NCBI GenBank assembly: GCA_963715985.1
Contig: CAVQSP010000013.1
Location: 288,001 to 352,000 of the forward strand
Reading direction: 5' to 3'
DNA length: 64,000 nt
DNA from: an uncultured Thermoleophilia bacterium
Lineage (GTDB): Bacteria > Actinomycetota > Thermoleophilia > UBA2241
The notes under the pieces are model-generated. The model was given only the letters and a program-made list of their open reading frames with translations. It searched no databases and was not told the origin of the DNA. The translations under genes and the position numbers were made by a program. Below are positions 21,400 to 31,430 of this stretch, one piece after another. Every line of letters starts with the position of its first letter. Position 1 is the stretch's first letter.

Positions 21400-22886
21400 C
21401 GGGGAGGACGTGGGGTCCGGCGCTCGCGGCGTGAGGTGCTTCCGGCGACGCTGTCGCCCGAGTAGGTCCTGCAACGAGTCCGCGATCCGCGAGAAGCTCC
21501 TGCGCCGAGGCGCCGCCGGCGATCGTCAGCAGGACACCGTCCTTGACCGCCCAGAGGTGCGGCGTGGAGGACGTGGTGGCCACGACGATGCTCGCCGTGG
21601 CGCCGGCGAAGGCGCCCGATGTGATGGGGCGCTCGGTGCGCACCAAGGCGGTCCAGGCGGGATTGTAGGAGTCAACCGGGTCTTCGGTCGCCGCGTAGTA
21701 CGGGTCGGCGAGGGTGCGGGTGGAGACGGTGAGGGCGTCGAACCCGTGCGTGTACTGCAGCTCGAAGATATGGCGCGGCCCTGGACGAGGTGGTTGGTGG
21801 TCAGCGCCCGTGGGCGCGACGGCGAGCGTGCGGCCAGGCGAAAGCCGGCCGGGGCACGAAGCCGGGCACGAGCGGCGTCATCGCCGGTGAAGCCCGCCCG
21901 CCTCCTCGAGAGGAGATGCGCCGGAAGCCCGCGTCGCTTGCGCCGGAGCGTCTCGCCCCGCCGGCGCCCCACCGTGAAGGCGCCGGCTGGCAGCGGCTCG
22001 TTGTAACGGACGTCCAGGTAGTGCAGGTCGGCGATGAGCACCCCTGCAGTCGATCTCATGGAAGCGGACGGGGAGCCACGTCCGTTTGTCGATCGGTCAC
22101 CTCGTACACCGGCCAGTCCACGGAGGTGGCCGGAGCTGGCGAGCTCGGCGACCTGTCCCCTTTCGTGCAGGTCACGGTCCAGGCCGGCCGGCCGTCCATC
22201 ATCGGCGTCGTCGAGGGTGAAGGCGCCGGACGCCTGCATCGCGCGCCCGGAGGTCCCGAGGTCGACAGCCGGTCAGCGGGTCGGCGACCGCGTCCGGCGG
22301 TCCGAGCGGGACGTTCCGCGTCACGGTGAGCCCGCGTCCCGGACGATAGTGCCGGAGGACGCCGGCTCGAGGCGTCGTAGGCCACGGACGTCGGTCGCCG
22401 TAGCCGTCGCCGGGGCGATAGCCGTCGCGCGGCGGGTCCGCCCGAGCTGCGTCAGGCGGTAGCTGCCGTCGGCGCTCTGCAGCATGCGGTACCGGAAGTA
22501 GTCGTAGTGGAAGCCGACCAGAGATGCGGTTCCAGTCGAGGCGCCTTGAGCGTGACGTCCGCCTGCCAGGTGCGGCCGGACGAGGAGGCGGCGGGCGTCC
22601 GCCTGACGACGTCGGCGGCGTCGACCGTCTGGGGCCCGACGGGTCTGCGGCAGGCCGAAGAGGACGGCCGCCGCGGCGGCGGCGGCGAGCGCGGCCGCGA
22701 CAACCGCGATGCGCAGGGGCGGCGCGGTCAGGGCGGCGCGCAGGCGGCCGAGGAACGTCCGGCGCGCGATCACGTCGGCGCCGCCGCGGCGATCGCGGCG
22801 CGGATCGCTCCCAGTAGTCCGGCGCGTGCTCCGGTCCGCGAGGACTCGAGCTGCTGGCCGAGCTCCCTGTCGCGGATCTCCTCCAT
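21400..22886 (-). pseudogene. Multiply frameshifted anti-sigma-type membrane protein (LolA/RseB-like); 3' end approximate
   Basis: TGATG coupling to ECF sigma stop; MEEIRDRELG..., TM helix, C-terminal LTIAGGASAQELLA spread over frames. Confidence 0.5.
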
Positions 22887-23455
22887 CACTCCCCCTCGAC
22901 GTAGAGAGATGGCCTCAGGTGGCGGCGCAGAGACGCGCGAGCCGCGGACAGGCGCGAGGCCAGGGTCCCCGTGGGCACGCCGAGGATGTCGGCGGTCGTC
23001 GCGTAGTCGAAGCCCTCGCGGTCGACGAGCAGGACGGCCAGGCGCTGCTCGGGCGGCAGGGCCGCGAGCGCCTCCGCGAGCGCCTCGTGGACGGCGACCG
23101 TCTCGGCCGGGTCCAGATCGCAGTCGGCGGGCTCGGGCATCTGCTCAGGCGACAGCGGGACAAGCCGGCCGGATCTCGCGACGGCATCGCAGCAGGCGCG
23201 ATAGGTGATGCGGCACAGCCAGGTGCCCAGCGACGCCTCACCGCGAAAGCCGGCGAGCGAGCGGTACACCTTGAGTGCGACGTCCTGCATGACGTCGTCC
23301 ATCAGCTGGCGGTCGCCGAGAACGTGATAGGCGACGATGCGGAGACGGCGGTCGTAGTGGCGCATGACGTCGATGAACGCCGCGTCGTCGCCGGCCGCGG
23401 CCGCGGCGAGGACGCCCTGATCGATCTCCTCAGTCCTCTGCGCCCAGGCAGACAC
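22886..23455 (-). CDS. ECF RNA polymerase sigma factor
   Basis: DDVMQDV, FRGEASLGTWLCRI, LPPEQRLAVLL...GTLASRLSAAR. Confidence 0.9.
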   Translation of the reverse strand: MSAWAQRTEEIDQGVLAAAAAGDDAAFIDVMRHYDRRLRIVAYHVLGDRQLMDDVMQDVALKVYRSLAGFRGEASLGTWLCRITYRACCDAVARSGRLVPLSPEQMPEPADCDLDPAETVAVHEALAEALAALPPEQRLAVLLVDREGFDYATTADILGVPTGTLASRLSAARASLRRHLRPSLYVEGE

Positions 23456-23708
23456 GCCCGCCCCTCCCTCCGGACGCTCGACCCGCTCAGGCGTGAGCGT
23501 ACCCCTACCGGACAGGCGCCGGCCCGTTGCGGCCCACATGACACGGGGCTGCGCGTCGGCTACGGCTGTCACTGTGAGCATGAAGCCGCTCCCTCCTCTC
23601 GGTCAGATAGACCGCAGAAGGGCCCGGTTTCTTCGGTGGGAGGGAGGGATCCCCGGTGGGTGCCGGTGGACGGCGTCTCGCGGGACCGTGCTCAGGCGCG
23701 ATTCGGTT

Positions 23709-24392
23709 TCAGCGCGCTGGGGAGGGCAGCACCCAGTCCTTGGCGGCGGCCAGATGCACGCGCAGCGTGTACTTCGCGCCGCCGTCGGTGACGCCGTAGG
23801 CGAAGTCGCCGTCGGCCGTGCCCTGAGCCATGGCGGCGTGCGTCCACGGGTTCTGCGGCCAGACGGGCACGCCGGGCTGCAGCCCCACGGCTCCACCCGC
23901 CGCCACGTCGGCCTCCGCGGGCGGCGTGCCGCCGTGCGCGGCCGCCCAAAGGTCCACGTACTGCCCGACGAGGGCGAGGCCGGCCTTGGCGGAAGCGTCG
24001 CGCTCATCCTTGAGCCACGCCGGAACGCCGCCGCTCACCTTGTACGAGCCTTTGGAGAGGTGGCCGACCAGGGTGTAGCCGCTCAGGTCGGCCTTCACGC
24101 GGTAGGTGTACGTGCCCTTGGACGTCCCCGGCGCCATCGTGCCGCCTGTCCACGGGTTGCCCGGCCACACCGGCGCCTCCAAGGCGCCGCCCTTCTTGAC
24201 GTCCGCCACAGCCGGGTACACGAACCCGTCCTTCTCGGCCTGTGTGTTGATGTAGCCCTGCAGCAGCAGGATGTTCATCTGCACCTGCTTGTCCACGAAG
24301 TTCTCGGCGGCGCTCGCGGCGCCCGGCAGCGCGGCGAGGGCGAGCACGGCGAGGGCGACGAGCAGGATGGGGGTGAGGACGCGTCTGGACAT
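23709..24392 (-). CDS. Secreted protein with two pilin-head-like WPxNPWT domains
   Basis: Sec signal ending ASA; two internal repeats VWPGNPWT and VWPQNPWT. Confidence 0.7.
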   Translation of the reverse strand: MSRRVLTPILLVALAVLALAALPGAASAAENFVDKQVQMNILLLQGYINTQAEKDGFVYPAVADVKKGGALEAPVWPGNPWTGGTMAPGTSKGTYTYRVKADLSGYTLVGHLSKGSYKVSGGVPAWLKDERDASAKAGLALVGQYVDLWAAAHGGTPPAEADVAAGGAVGLQPGVPVWPQNPWTHAAMAQGTADGDFAYGVTDGGAKYTLRVHLAAAKDWVLPSPAR

Positions 24393-24471
24393 GAGAGCTC
24401 CCAGGTCGGTTTGTGCTGTGTGGTGCAAGTGTGGGGGCGGCGAGCGCGGCCGGTCAACCGGGCGCCGCGCC

Positions 24472-24480
24472 TGCTAGGAT
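24472..24480 (+). promoter_or_regulatory. Extended -10 promoter candidate for mtbB
   Basis: TGcTAGGAT 34 nt upstream of ATG 24515; SD GAGGGG. Confidence 0.5.
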
Positions 24481-24514
24481 GAGGCCGGAGCTGCCGCGAC
24501 GAGAGGGGACGACG

Positions 24515-25900
24515 ATGGAGACCAGGGTGCCCACCCGCATGGGCGACGGGTTCATGGTCGAGATGACGCGCAGCGAGCTGCGCGCCGACATCGAAGCGGC
24601 CACGCAGGAGGCGGCGCGCAAGGCAAAGACGCCGCCGCTCGCCGCCGCCGAGCAGGAGCACCTGCTGGACATCTACGCCTCGCGGGCCGCCTTCACCGCC
24701 GTGGACATCGGCGACCAGGTGGTGCTGAGCTGCGACGGCGGCGGCAGCAAGATGACCGGCACCGACATCCAGGACCTGCTGGAGAGCGAGCAGCGGCTGG
24801 GCCAGGACATCCTCGAGCTCTGGCACATCGAGTACAGCTACAAGGCCATCAAGACGATCCTGCCGTTCCAGCAGCAGGTGATGCAGAACGCCCAGCTGAT
24901 GCTGACGGCGCCCATCCAGTACGGGGCGCAGCCCAATCTCGCCTTCTACAGCCGGCCGGACGGCCCGTGCCCCAACTGGTTCGAACTGCTGCCGCGCGGC
25001 GACATCGCCGGGTCACGCGCGGCCGTGGAAGAAGCCATGGAATACGCGACGCAGGACTTCGTGTACGTCGCCGACGGCATGCTCGAGGCCGGCGCCGACG
25101 GCGTGGACTTCGACACCACCGGCGGCGCCGGCGACGCCGATCTCTTCAGCACGCTGCGTGCCGTGCGCCACGTGCGCGAGCGGTACCCGGAGGCCGGCAT
25201 CGAATTGGGCATGGCCGGCGAGTTCGTCATCGGCGTGCACGGCGAGCTCACCTGGGAGGGCACCCGGCTCGCCGGCATGTGGCCGCGGCAGCAGCTCGAG
25301 GTGGCGCAGGACGCCGGCGTCACCATCTTCGGGCCGGCGGTCAACATCCGCAGCGGGCGCTCGTGCTGCTGGAACACGGCCTACTCGCTCACGGTCATCA
25401 AGCCGTGCATGGAGGTGGCTCGCATCCCCGTCCACGTCAACGTGGGGGAGGGCGTGTGCGGCGTCCCCGTCAACGGGTATCCGGGGGAGGACGCCGTCTC
25501 GCGGGCGGCCAAGGCACACGTCGACATCCTGCGCTGCGACGGCTTGTAGGTGGGGTCGGGTGACTCCAGAGGCATGGACGTCACTCACGCGCTCGCCGCG
25601 GGCATGGGCGGCATGCGCACGGCCGGAGACCTGGTCGCGCGCCTGCAGATGTCACGCGGGATGCGGCTCGAGGAGGCGAAGCGGACCGTGGCCGGCAAGC
25701 TCGGCTGCACGGTCCGCGACCTCAGCGACAGCTACGCCATGGAGCAGCTGCGCGGCGAGCTGGGCCTGGGGCGGATCCTCGACCACTCCAATCTGCACCC
25801 CGGCAAGCCGAACGCGATGAGCGCCAAGTTCCGCATCGCCGAGCTGCTCGGCCTGCGGATCAACTCGGTGGAGCGCTTTCGGGAGCTGGCGGGGCTGTAG
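24515..25900 (+). CDS. mtbB: Dimethylamine:corrinoid methyltransferase MtbB with in-frame amber codon (predicted pyrrolysine, codon 345)
   Basis: RMGDG, YSYKAIK, GADGVDFDTTG, GMAGE, FGPAVN; TAG 25547-25549 in context CDGL-*-VGSGD followed by GMGGMRTAGDLVAR in the same frame. Confidence 0.92.
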
Positions 25901-26396
25901 CGCTCGCCGCCGCGGCGAGCGCCGAGCGCCGCATGATCGCGCCCACGGCCACGGCGGCGACGCCGATGGGCACGAGCAGGATGCCGGTGAGGAGCGTCAC
26001 GTAGAGGCCGATGCCGGGCCGGTACATCTTGACCATGGAGTCCGCGGCGGAGATCGCCTCCGCGGCGAAGACGACGCCGGCCACGACCACCCCGGCGGCG
26101 AGCGCCATGGTGACGCGCCGCGGTCCAAGGATCAGGAGCAGGGCGGCGATCGCCATCGCTCCCAGCGCCGCCCCGAGCACCGGCGGCCCCCACTGGGTCT
26201 GCAGCACGCCCACCACGCCGGCGGGCTTGGAGAGGCTGAAGTTGACGTACTGGGCCGTGTACTCGTTGGCCCAGGGCAGGAAGACGGCCACGAGGCCCGC
26301 CGCCCCGCCCGCCATGATGAGCACGGCGTAGCCGATCCAGTCGCCTCTCGCGAAGCGGTGTCTGCGGAAGCGGGGTGTGCGCATCGTCCTTGTCAT
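25860..26396 (-). CDS. Membrane protein (4 TM)
   Basis: VFLPW...GIGLYV pattern; convergent 41-nt overlap with mtbB. Confidence 0.6.
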   Translation of the reverse strand: MTRTMRTPRFRRHRFARGDWIGYAVLIMAGGAAGLVAVFLPWANEYTAQYVNFSLSKPAGVVGVLQTQWGPPVLGAALGAMAIAALLLILGPRRVTMALAAGVVVAGVVFAAEAISAADSMVKMYRPGIGLYVTLLTGILLVPIGVAAVAVGAIMRRSALAAAASATAPPAPESAPPS

Positions 26397-26532
26397 CGGC
26401 AGGTTCCTGTTCCGGCTGATACCGCGGCCGGCGGCGAGCCGAAACGCGGGGAGGGCATGGGCCGGGCGACGGATCGCTGCAGGCCCGGCCCGGACCGGCC
26501 GATAGTGGGGGAGACTACCACGGAGGACGACG

Positions 26533-26910
26533 ATGAGACGTTTGACGACAGGCCTGCTCGCGGCGCTGGTTGTGCTGGCCGCGGCGGCGGCGCTGGGCGC
26601 CTGCGGCAGCAAGGACATCCAGACTCCCACGGGCACCATCGACATCGCCAAGGACCAGGCGGCCAAGAGTGAGATCATGCTGGTGAAGACGGGTATCGCC
26701 GCCCATGTGGCGATGAACGGGGCGGCGCCGCCCAACGCCTCGCAGGAGGTGCTCGGGTCCTTCGTCAACCCGTGGCCCAAGAACCCGTGGACGCAGGCCC
26801 CCATGAAGCAGGGCAAGACGGAGGGCGACATCGTCTACGCGCCGGGAGCAGGCACGGCATACACGCTCGGCGTCGTGCTCTCGGACGGCAGCGTGTACAA
26901 CGCGCCGTGA
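26533..26910 (+). CDS. Lipoprotein with pilin-head-like WPxNPWT domain
   Basis: Lipobox LGAC; PWPKNPWT; SD GGAGG. Confidence 0.75.
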   Translation: MRRLTTGLLAALVVLAAAAALGACGSKDIQTPTGTIDIAKDQAAKSEIMLVKTGIAAHVAMNGAAPPNASQEVLGSFVNPWPKNPWTQAPMKQGKTEGDIVYAPGAGTAYTLGVVLSDGSVYNAP

Positions 26911-27011
26911 CCGGCATCGGCCTTCAAGGCCGCCGCCGGTGGTGCCGATAGGGGCACGTGATGCAGCACACCGCGAGACAGTCGCAGCGTGCGCGCGGTT
27001 CCGCGCGTGAC

Positions 27012-28184
27012 ATGAGAGGCACGGCTCTGGAGCGCCTGTGGCCGGCCCTTGCCCGTTCGCCGGCCACGGGGCCGGAGCAGCGGCGCGTGCGGCTCCTGAC
27101 GGCGATGCTCGCCGCGCTGCTCGCCCTCGCGTCCATCGCCCTCCTGGTGGTGGTCATCGTCGACCCGGCGGGCAGTGCCCGACGCGGCGAGTACGCCCTG
27201 CTCATCGCCGCGGTCCTGCTGCTCCTCGGCGTCGCCCTCGCCCTCAATCGCGCGGGCCGGTACCGCCTCGCAGCGTCCCTCACCGTCCTCTGCGCGGTGG
27301 TCGCGCCCTGGGTGTCGGCGTTGCTCGACGCGCGCGTCCTCGAGGGAGACTTCGTCCCACTCACCTATGTCGTCGTCCCGGTGCTGCTCAGCGGCATCCT
27401 GCTCTCGGCGCTGGTGACCGTCCTTGTGTCGGCGGCGCAGCTGACCGCCCTGGTCCTCTGCCCCTTGTGGGTCTCCACCACGGGCACGGTCAATTGGCCC
27501 AGCCTGTGCACGATGGTGCTCTTCGTGTGCGCGCTCAGCGTCATCGCCAACCTGATGAACAAGAGGGACCTGGACCAGATCATGCGCCAGAACCGCCGGC
27601 TCGCGGAGGACGAGGCGCTATTGCGCGAGCAGTCGGTGCGCGACCACGTCTCCGGGCTGTTCAACCGGCGGTACCTGGAGGAGACCCTGGAGCGTGAGCT
27701 TCGCCGGGCCGAGCGCGACGGGACCACGGTGGCGATGGTCATGCTCGACCTGGATCGCTTCAAGGAGCTCAACGACGCGTTCGGGCACGCCGCCGGCGAC
27801 GAGGTGCTGCGCAGGGTGGGCGAGGCGCTCAAGGCGAGCCTGCGCTACGCGGACATCGCCTGTCGCTACGGGGGGGATGAGTTCACGCTGATCCTGCCCA
27901 AGGCGCCGCGCGAGGCGGTGCTGCGGCGCGCCGAAGACCTCAGGCGGCAGATCGGGGCACTCTGCGTCACCTTCGTCGGCAGGCCATTGCCCTCGCTCAC
28001 AGTCTCCGTCGGCGTCGCGGTGTTTCCCGAGGACGGCGCGTCTGCCGCGGCGCTGCTCGCCGCCAGCGACGTCGCCCTCTACCAGGCCAAACACGCCGGC
28101 AAGGACCGTGTGGGGCTGGCCGGGGCGAGCGCAGCCCGGGTGACGCCGGCTCTTGAGCCGGATGTCGGAGTCCTGTCGCGGTGA
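27012..28184 (+). CDS. Membrane diguanylate cyclase (GGDEF)
   Basis: About 6 TM; DLDRFKELND, GHAAGD, RYGGDEF, I-site RYAD. Confidence 0.92.
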   Translation: MRGTALERLWPALARSPATGPEQRRVRLLTAMLAALLALASIALLVVVIVDPAGSARRGEYALLIAAVLLLLGVALALNRAGRYRLAASLTVLCAVVAPWVSALLDARVLEGDFVPLTYVVVPVLLSGILLSALVTVLVSAAQLTALVLCPLWVSTTGTVNWPSLCTMVLFVCALSVIANLMNKRDLDQIMRQNRRLAEDEALLREQSVRDHVSGLFNRRYLEETLERELRRAERDGTTVAMVMLDLDRFKELNDAFGHAAGDEVLRRVGEALKASLRYADIACRYGGDEFTLILPKAPREAVLRRAEDLRRQIGALCVTFVGRPLPSLTVSVGVAVFPEDGASAAALLAASDVALYQAKHAGKDRVGLAGASAARVTPALEPDVGVLSR

Positions 28185-28223
28185 CGGTCGGCGGCCCGGC
28201 CGAGCGCCACCCGCACCCCGTCC

Positions 28224-29600
28224 TCAGGCGCCGATCAGCTTCTTGACGAGGGTGGCTCGCTTGCTGGGTCGCCCCGTGCGCACCTCCGCGTCGTCGGCGC
28301 TGCCCATCGCCTTGAGAGCCGCGTTGACCGCGAGCCAGCGCAGCGGTTCGGGCTCCCAGGGCTTGGAGCGATGGTTCACCCACGGCAGCTCAGTGAGCTC
28401 GGTGGAGTGTGCGAGGATCAGGTCGCACAGGGTGCGGCCGGCGAGGTTGGTGGTGGCCACGCCGTCGCCGATGTAGGCCCCCGCCCATGCCATGCCGGTG
28501 GCGCGGTCGAGGCCCACCGAGGAGTACCAGTCGCGAGGCGCCGCGATGGCGCCGCCCCAGTGGTGCGTGACCTCGGCGTCGCCGATGGCCGGGAACAGCT
28601 CGCCGAGCAGGGCGCGGAGGTGGTCCCGCACCAAGGGGTCGCGTTCGTAGTCCTCGCTGAGCCTGGACCCGAAGTGGTACGGGGCGCCGCGGCCGCCGAT
28701 GGCGATGCGCCCGTCCGCGGTGTGCATGGCGTAGAAGATGAGGAAGCGGAAGTCGCCGAACACCTCGCGGCCGCTCCAGCCGACCTCCCCCCAGAAGGTG
28801 TCCGGCAGGGGCTCCGTGCCGATCATCAGCGAGTAGATCGGTATCACTGTGCGCTCGAAGCCCGGGAGCTCGGGCGTGAACGCCTCGGTGGCGCGCACCA
28901 CGACCTCGGCGTGCACCTCCCCGAAGGGCGTGACCGCGCGGTGCGGCTCGAGAAGGGTGACCGGGGTGCGCTCGTAGATGGGCACCCCAAGGCGCTCAAC
29001 GGCGCCGGCGAGCCCGCGCGCCAGGCGCGCCGGGTCGACGGCGGCGCCGTGCGGCGTGTACCCCGCGCCCAGACACCCGGCGACCCTGATGCGCTCGCGC
29101 ATCTCCGCCGCGCCGAGCTGGCGGTAGTCCGCCTCGCCGAAGCCCCAGGAGCGCTCCCACTCGACGGCCTCGCGGAGGCGGAGGAGCTGCACCGGCGTCA
29201 GGGCGAGGTCGAGCTGACCGCCCATGCAGAAGCGCGCGTCGATGCTCTCTTCGTCCACGACGCGCGCGATCTCCCTCACGGTGGCGTGGAGCGCGCGCTG
29301 CTGGTCGATCACCTTCTGGCGCCCGTGACGTGCCGCCGCCTCCTCACGCGACCCCGGGAACGTGGTGTGGCACCAGCCCCCATTGCGGCCTGAAGCTCCG
29401 AACCCGGCGATCTCGCGCTCGAGCACGGCGATGCGCAGGTGCGGGTCGGCCTTGCGGAGGTAGTAGGCGGTCCAGAGTCCGGTGAACCCGGCGCCGACGA
29501 CGGCGACGTCCACGTCCAGAGGGCCGGGCAGGGAAGGGCGGGGCGTGAGCTCGCCGGGGACGCCGTCGAGCCACAGGCTGCGTGCGCGGTAGTCGGTCAT
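28224..29600 (-). CDS. FAD-dependent oxidoreductase (DAO/PuuB-like amine oxidase)
   Basis: GAGFTGLWTAYYL, GFGASGRNGGW, WEPEPLRW. Confidence 0.85.
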   Translation of the reverse strand: MTDYRARSLWLDGVPGELTPRPSLPGPLDVDVAVVGAGFTGLWTAYYLRKADPHLRIAVLEREIAGFGASGRNGGWCHTTFPGSREEAAARHGRQKVIDQQRALHATVREIARVVDEESIDARFCMGGQLDLALTPVQLLRLREAVEWERSWGFGEADYRQLGAAEMRERIRVAGCLGAGYTPHGAAVDPARLARGLAGAVERLGVPIYERTPVTLLEPHRAVTPFGEVHAEVVVRATEAFTPELPGFERTVIPIYSLMIGTEPLPDTFWGEVGWSGREVFGDFRFLIFYAMHTADGRIAIGGRGAPYHFGSRLSEDYERDPLVRDHLRALLGELFPAIGDAEVTHHWGGAIAAPRDWYSSVGLDRATGMAWAGAYIGDGVATTNLAGRTLCDLILAHSTELTELPWVNHRSKPWEPEPLRWLAVNAALKAMGSADDAEVRTGRPSKRATLVKKLIGA

Positions 29601-29694
29601 CGTGGGCTCCTTGGGGGGTCGGCGGCATCCTACCAGAGCCTGCCGGTGGCACGTTTGAGCGCTGGAACAACTCCCCCGAAAGCAGGTGATCGCC

Positions 29695-30292
29695 ATGAAC
29701 ACGACACGGTTCGAAGAGGCCTACCGCGGCACGCCCCCGTGGGACATCGGACGGCACCAGCCGGTGTTCGAGGCGCTCGCCGAGGCCGGCGACATCGTCG
29801 CGCCGGTGCTGGACGCAGGGTGCGGCACCGGCGAGAACGCGCTCTATCTGGCCGCTCGCGGCCTGGAAGTGGTGGGCGTCGACGCCGTCGAGACGGCCGT
29901 GGCGGCCGCGCGGGCCAAAGCGGCCGCGCGCGGCCTGACGGCCGGAGTTCCTCGTCCACGACGCTCTCAGCTTGGGCGATCTTGGCCAACGTTACGCCAC
30001 GGTCATCGACTCGGGCCTGTTCCACACCCTCGAGGACGACGAGCGCGAGCGCTACGTGGACGCGCTGGCCGCCGTCATCAAGCCGGGCGGCCGCTACTTC
30101 GTGCTGTGCTTCAGCGAGCTCGAGACCGGCAGCGGCGGTCCGCGGCGCGTCACGCAGGCGGAGCTGCGCGAGTGCTTCGACAGGCCGCCCTTCCGCGTGC
30201 TCTCCATCGAGGCCGCCGCGTTCGCCTCCAACGCTGGGGGCGGCGGCCGCAAGGCGTGGCTGGCGCGGGTGGAGCGTCTGCCGGGCGTCTGA
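29695..30292 (+). CDS. Class I SAM-dependent methyltransferase (frameshift near 29945)
   Basis: PPWDIG, LDAGCGTGE; IDSGLFH in second frame. Confidence 0.8.
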
Positions 30293-30331
30293 GGGCCGGC
30301 CGGCTGCGTCCGCGACCGCCGCTGGAGCCGC

Positions 30332-31291
30332 TCAGGGCACCAGCACCAGCCTGCCGAGCGCCGGCCGCTCCATGATGTGGCGGTGCGCGCGGGCCGCCTC
30401 GGCCAAGGGCATTTCGCGGCCCACGACAGGCCGCAGGGTGCCGTCGCGCAGGCCGGCGGCGATGGCCGCGTGCGCCTCCGCGGTCTCCTCCGCGTCGGCG
30501 AGCGAGGCCATCACCCCGAGTGCGGCTCCTTCGACGTTCATCAGGTCCCGGGGGTTGACCTCCACGGTGCCGCGGTTGCCGACGATCATCACGCGCCCGT
30601 TCTGCGCCAGCGCCGTGAAGTCGTCGCCGAGGTTCACGTTGGCGAGCAGCTCGACGATCATGTCGAAGCCGTGCCCCCCGCTGCGGTCGAAGCCTTGCTC
30701 CAGGTGCGCGGGGTCGTGGTGGTCCAGGGTCGCCACGTCGCCTTGCGCGGCGACCAGCTCTCGCCCGGCCTCGCTGCCCGCCGTGCCGAACACCTGCATG
30801 CCGGCGGCCAGCGCGAACTGCACGGTGGCGAGACCCACGGCTCCGCTGGCGCCGTGTACGAGCACCTTCTCACCGCGCTGCGCGTGGCCGCGCTGGAACA
30901 GGGTGCGGTACGCGGTCGCGTACGGCACGCCCAGCGCCGCTCCCTGGGCGAACGTGAGCGTGTCCGGAAGCGCGTGCACGTCCTCGGCGCGGCAGAGCGC
31001 GAACTCCGCGTAGGTACCGCTGAGCGAGTCGGTCACGAACACGCGGGAGCCGGCTGCGACGCTGACGCCGGCGCCGGCCGAGGCCACCACACCGGCGCCG
31101 TCCACCCCGGGCGTATAAGGCAGCGCCGGCAGCGCGCGGTAGTTGCCGGCGCGCACGTACGTCTCGTACGGGTTCACGCCTGCGGCCTGCACGCGCACCA
31201 GCACCTCGCCCTCCACCGGCGCGGGCGCGGGCAGCTCCTCGAGGCTGAGCACTTCAGGGTCGCCGAACTCGTGCACGCGGATGGCTCGCAT
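30332..31291 (-). CDS. NADPH:quinone reductase (zeta-crystallin/MDR)
   Basis: AAGVNP, PGVDGAG, VHGASGAVG. Confidence 0.9.
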   Translation of the reverse strand: MRAIRVHEFGDPEVLSLEELPAPAPVEGEVLVRVQAAGVNPYETYVRAGNYRALPALPYTPGVDGAGVVASAGAGVSVAAGSRVFVTDSLSGTYAEFALCRAEDVHALPDTLTFAQGAALGVPYATAYRTLFQRGHAQRGEKVLVHGASGAVGLATVQFALAAGMQVFGTAGSEAGRELVAAQGDVATLDHHDPAHLEQGFDRSGGHGFDMIVELLANVNLGDDFTALAQNGRVMIVGNRGTVEVNPRDLMNVEGAALGVMASLADAEETAEAHAAIAAGLRDGTLRPVVGREMPLAEAARAHRHIMERPALGRLVLVP

Positions 31292-31430
31292 GGTCTTCCT
31301 CCGGTGAGGCTTCGGGACCACGCCATGGTACCGGGCGCCGCGGTGCCGGTCGAGGGTGTACGCACGAGGGCGGCGGGGGCGCTCCCGCGCCCCCGCCGCC
31401 CTCAGTCTCCAGCGGCCGGCACGGCTCGGC

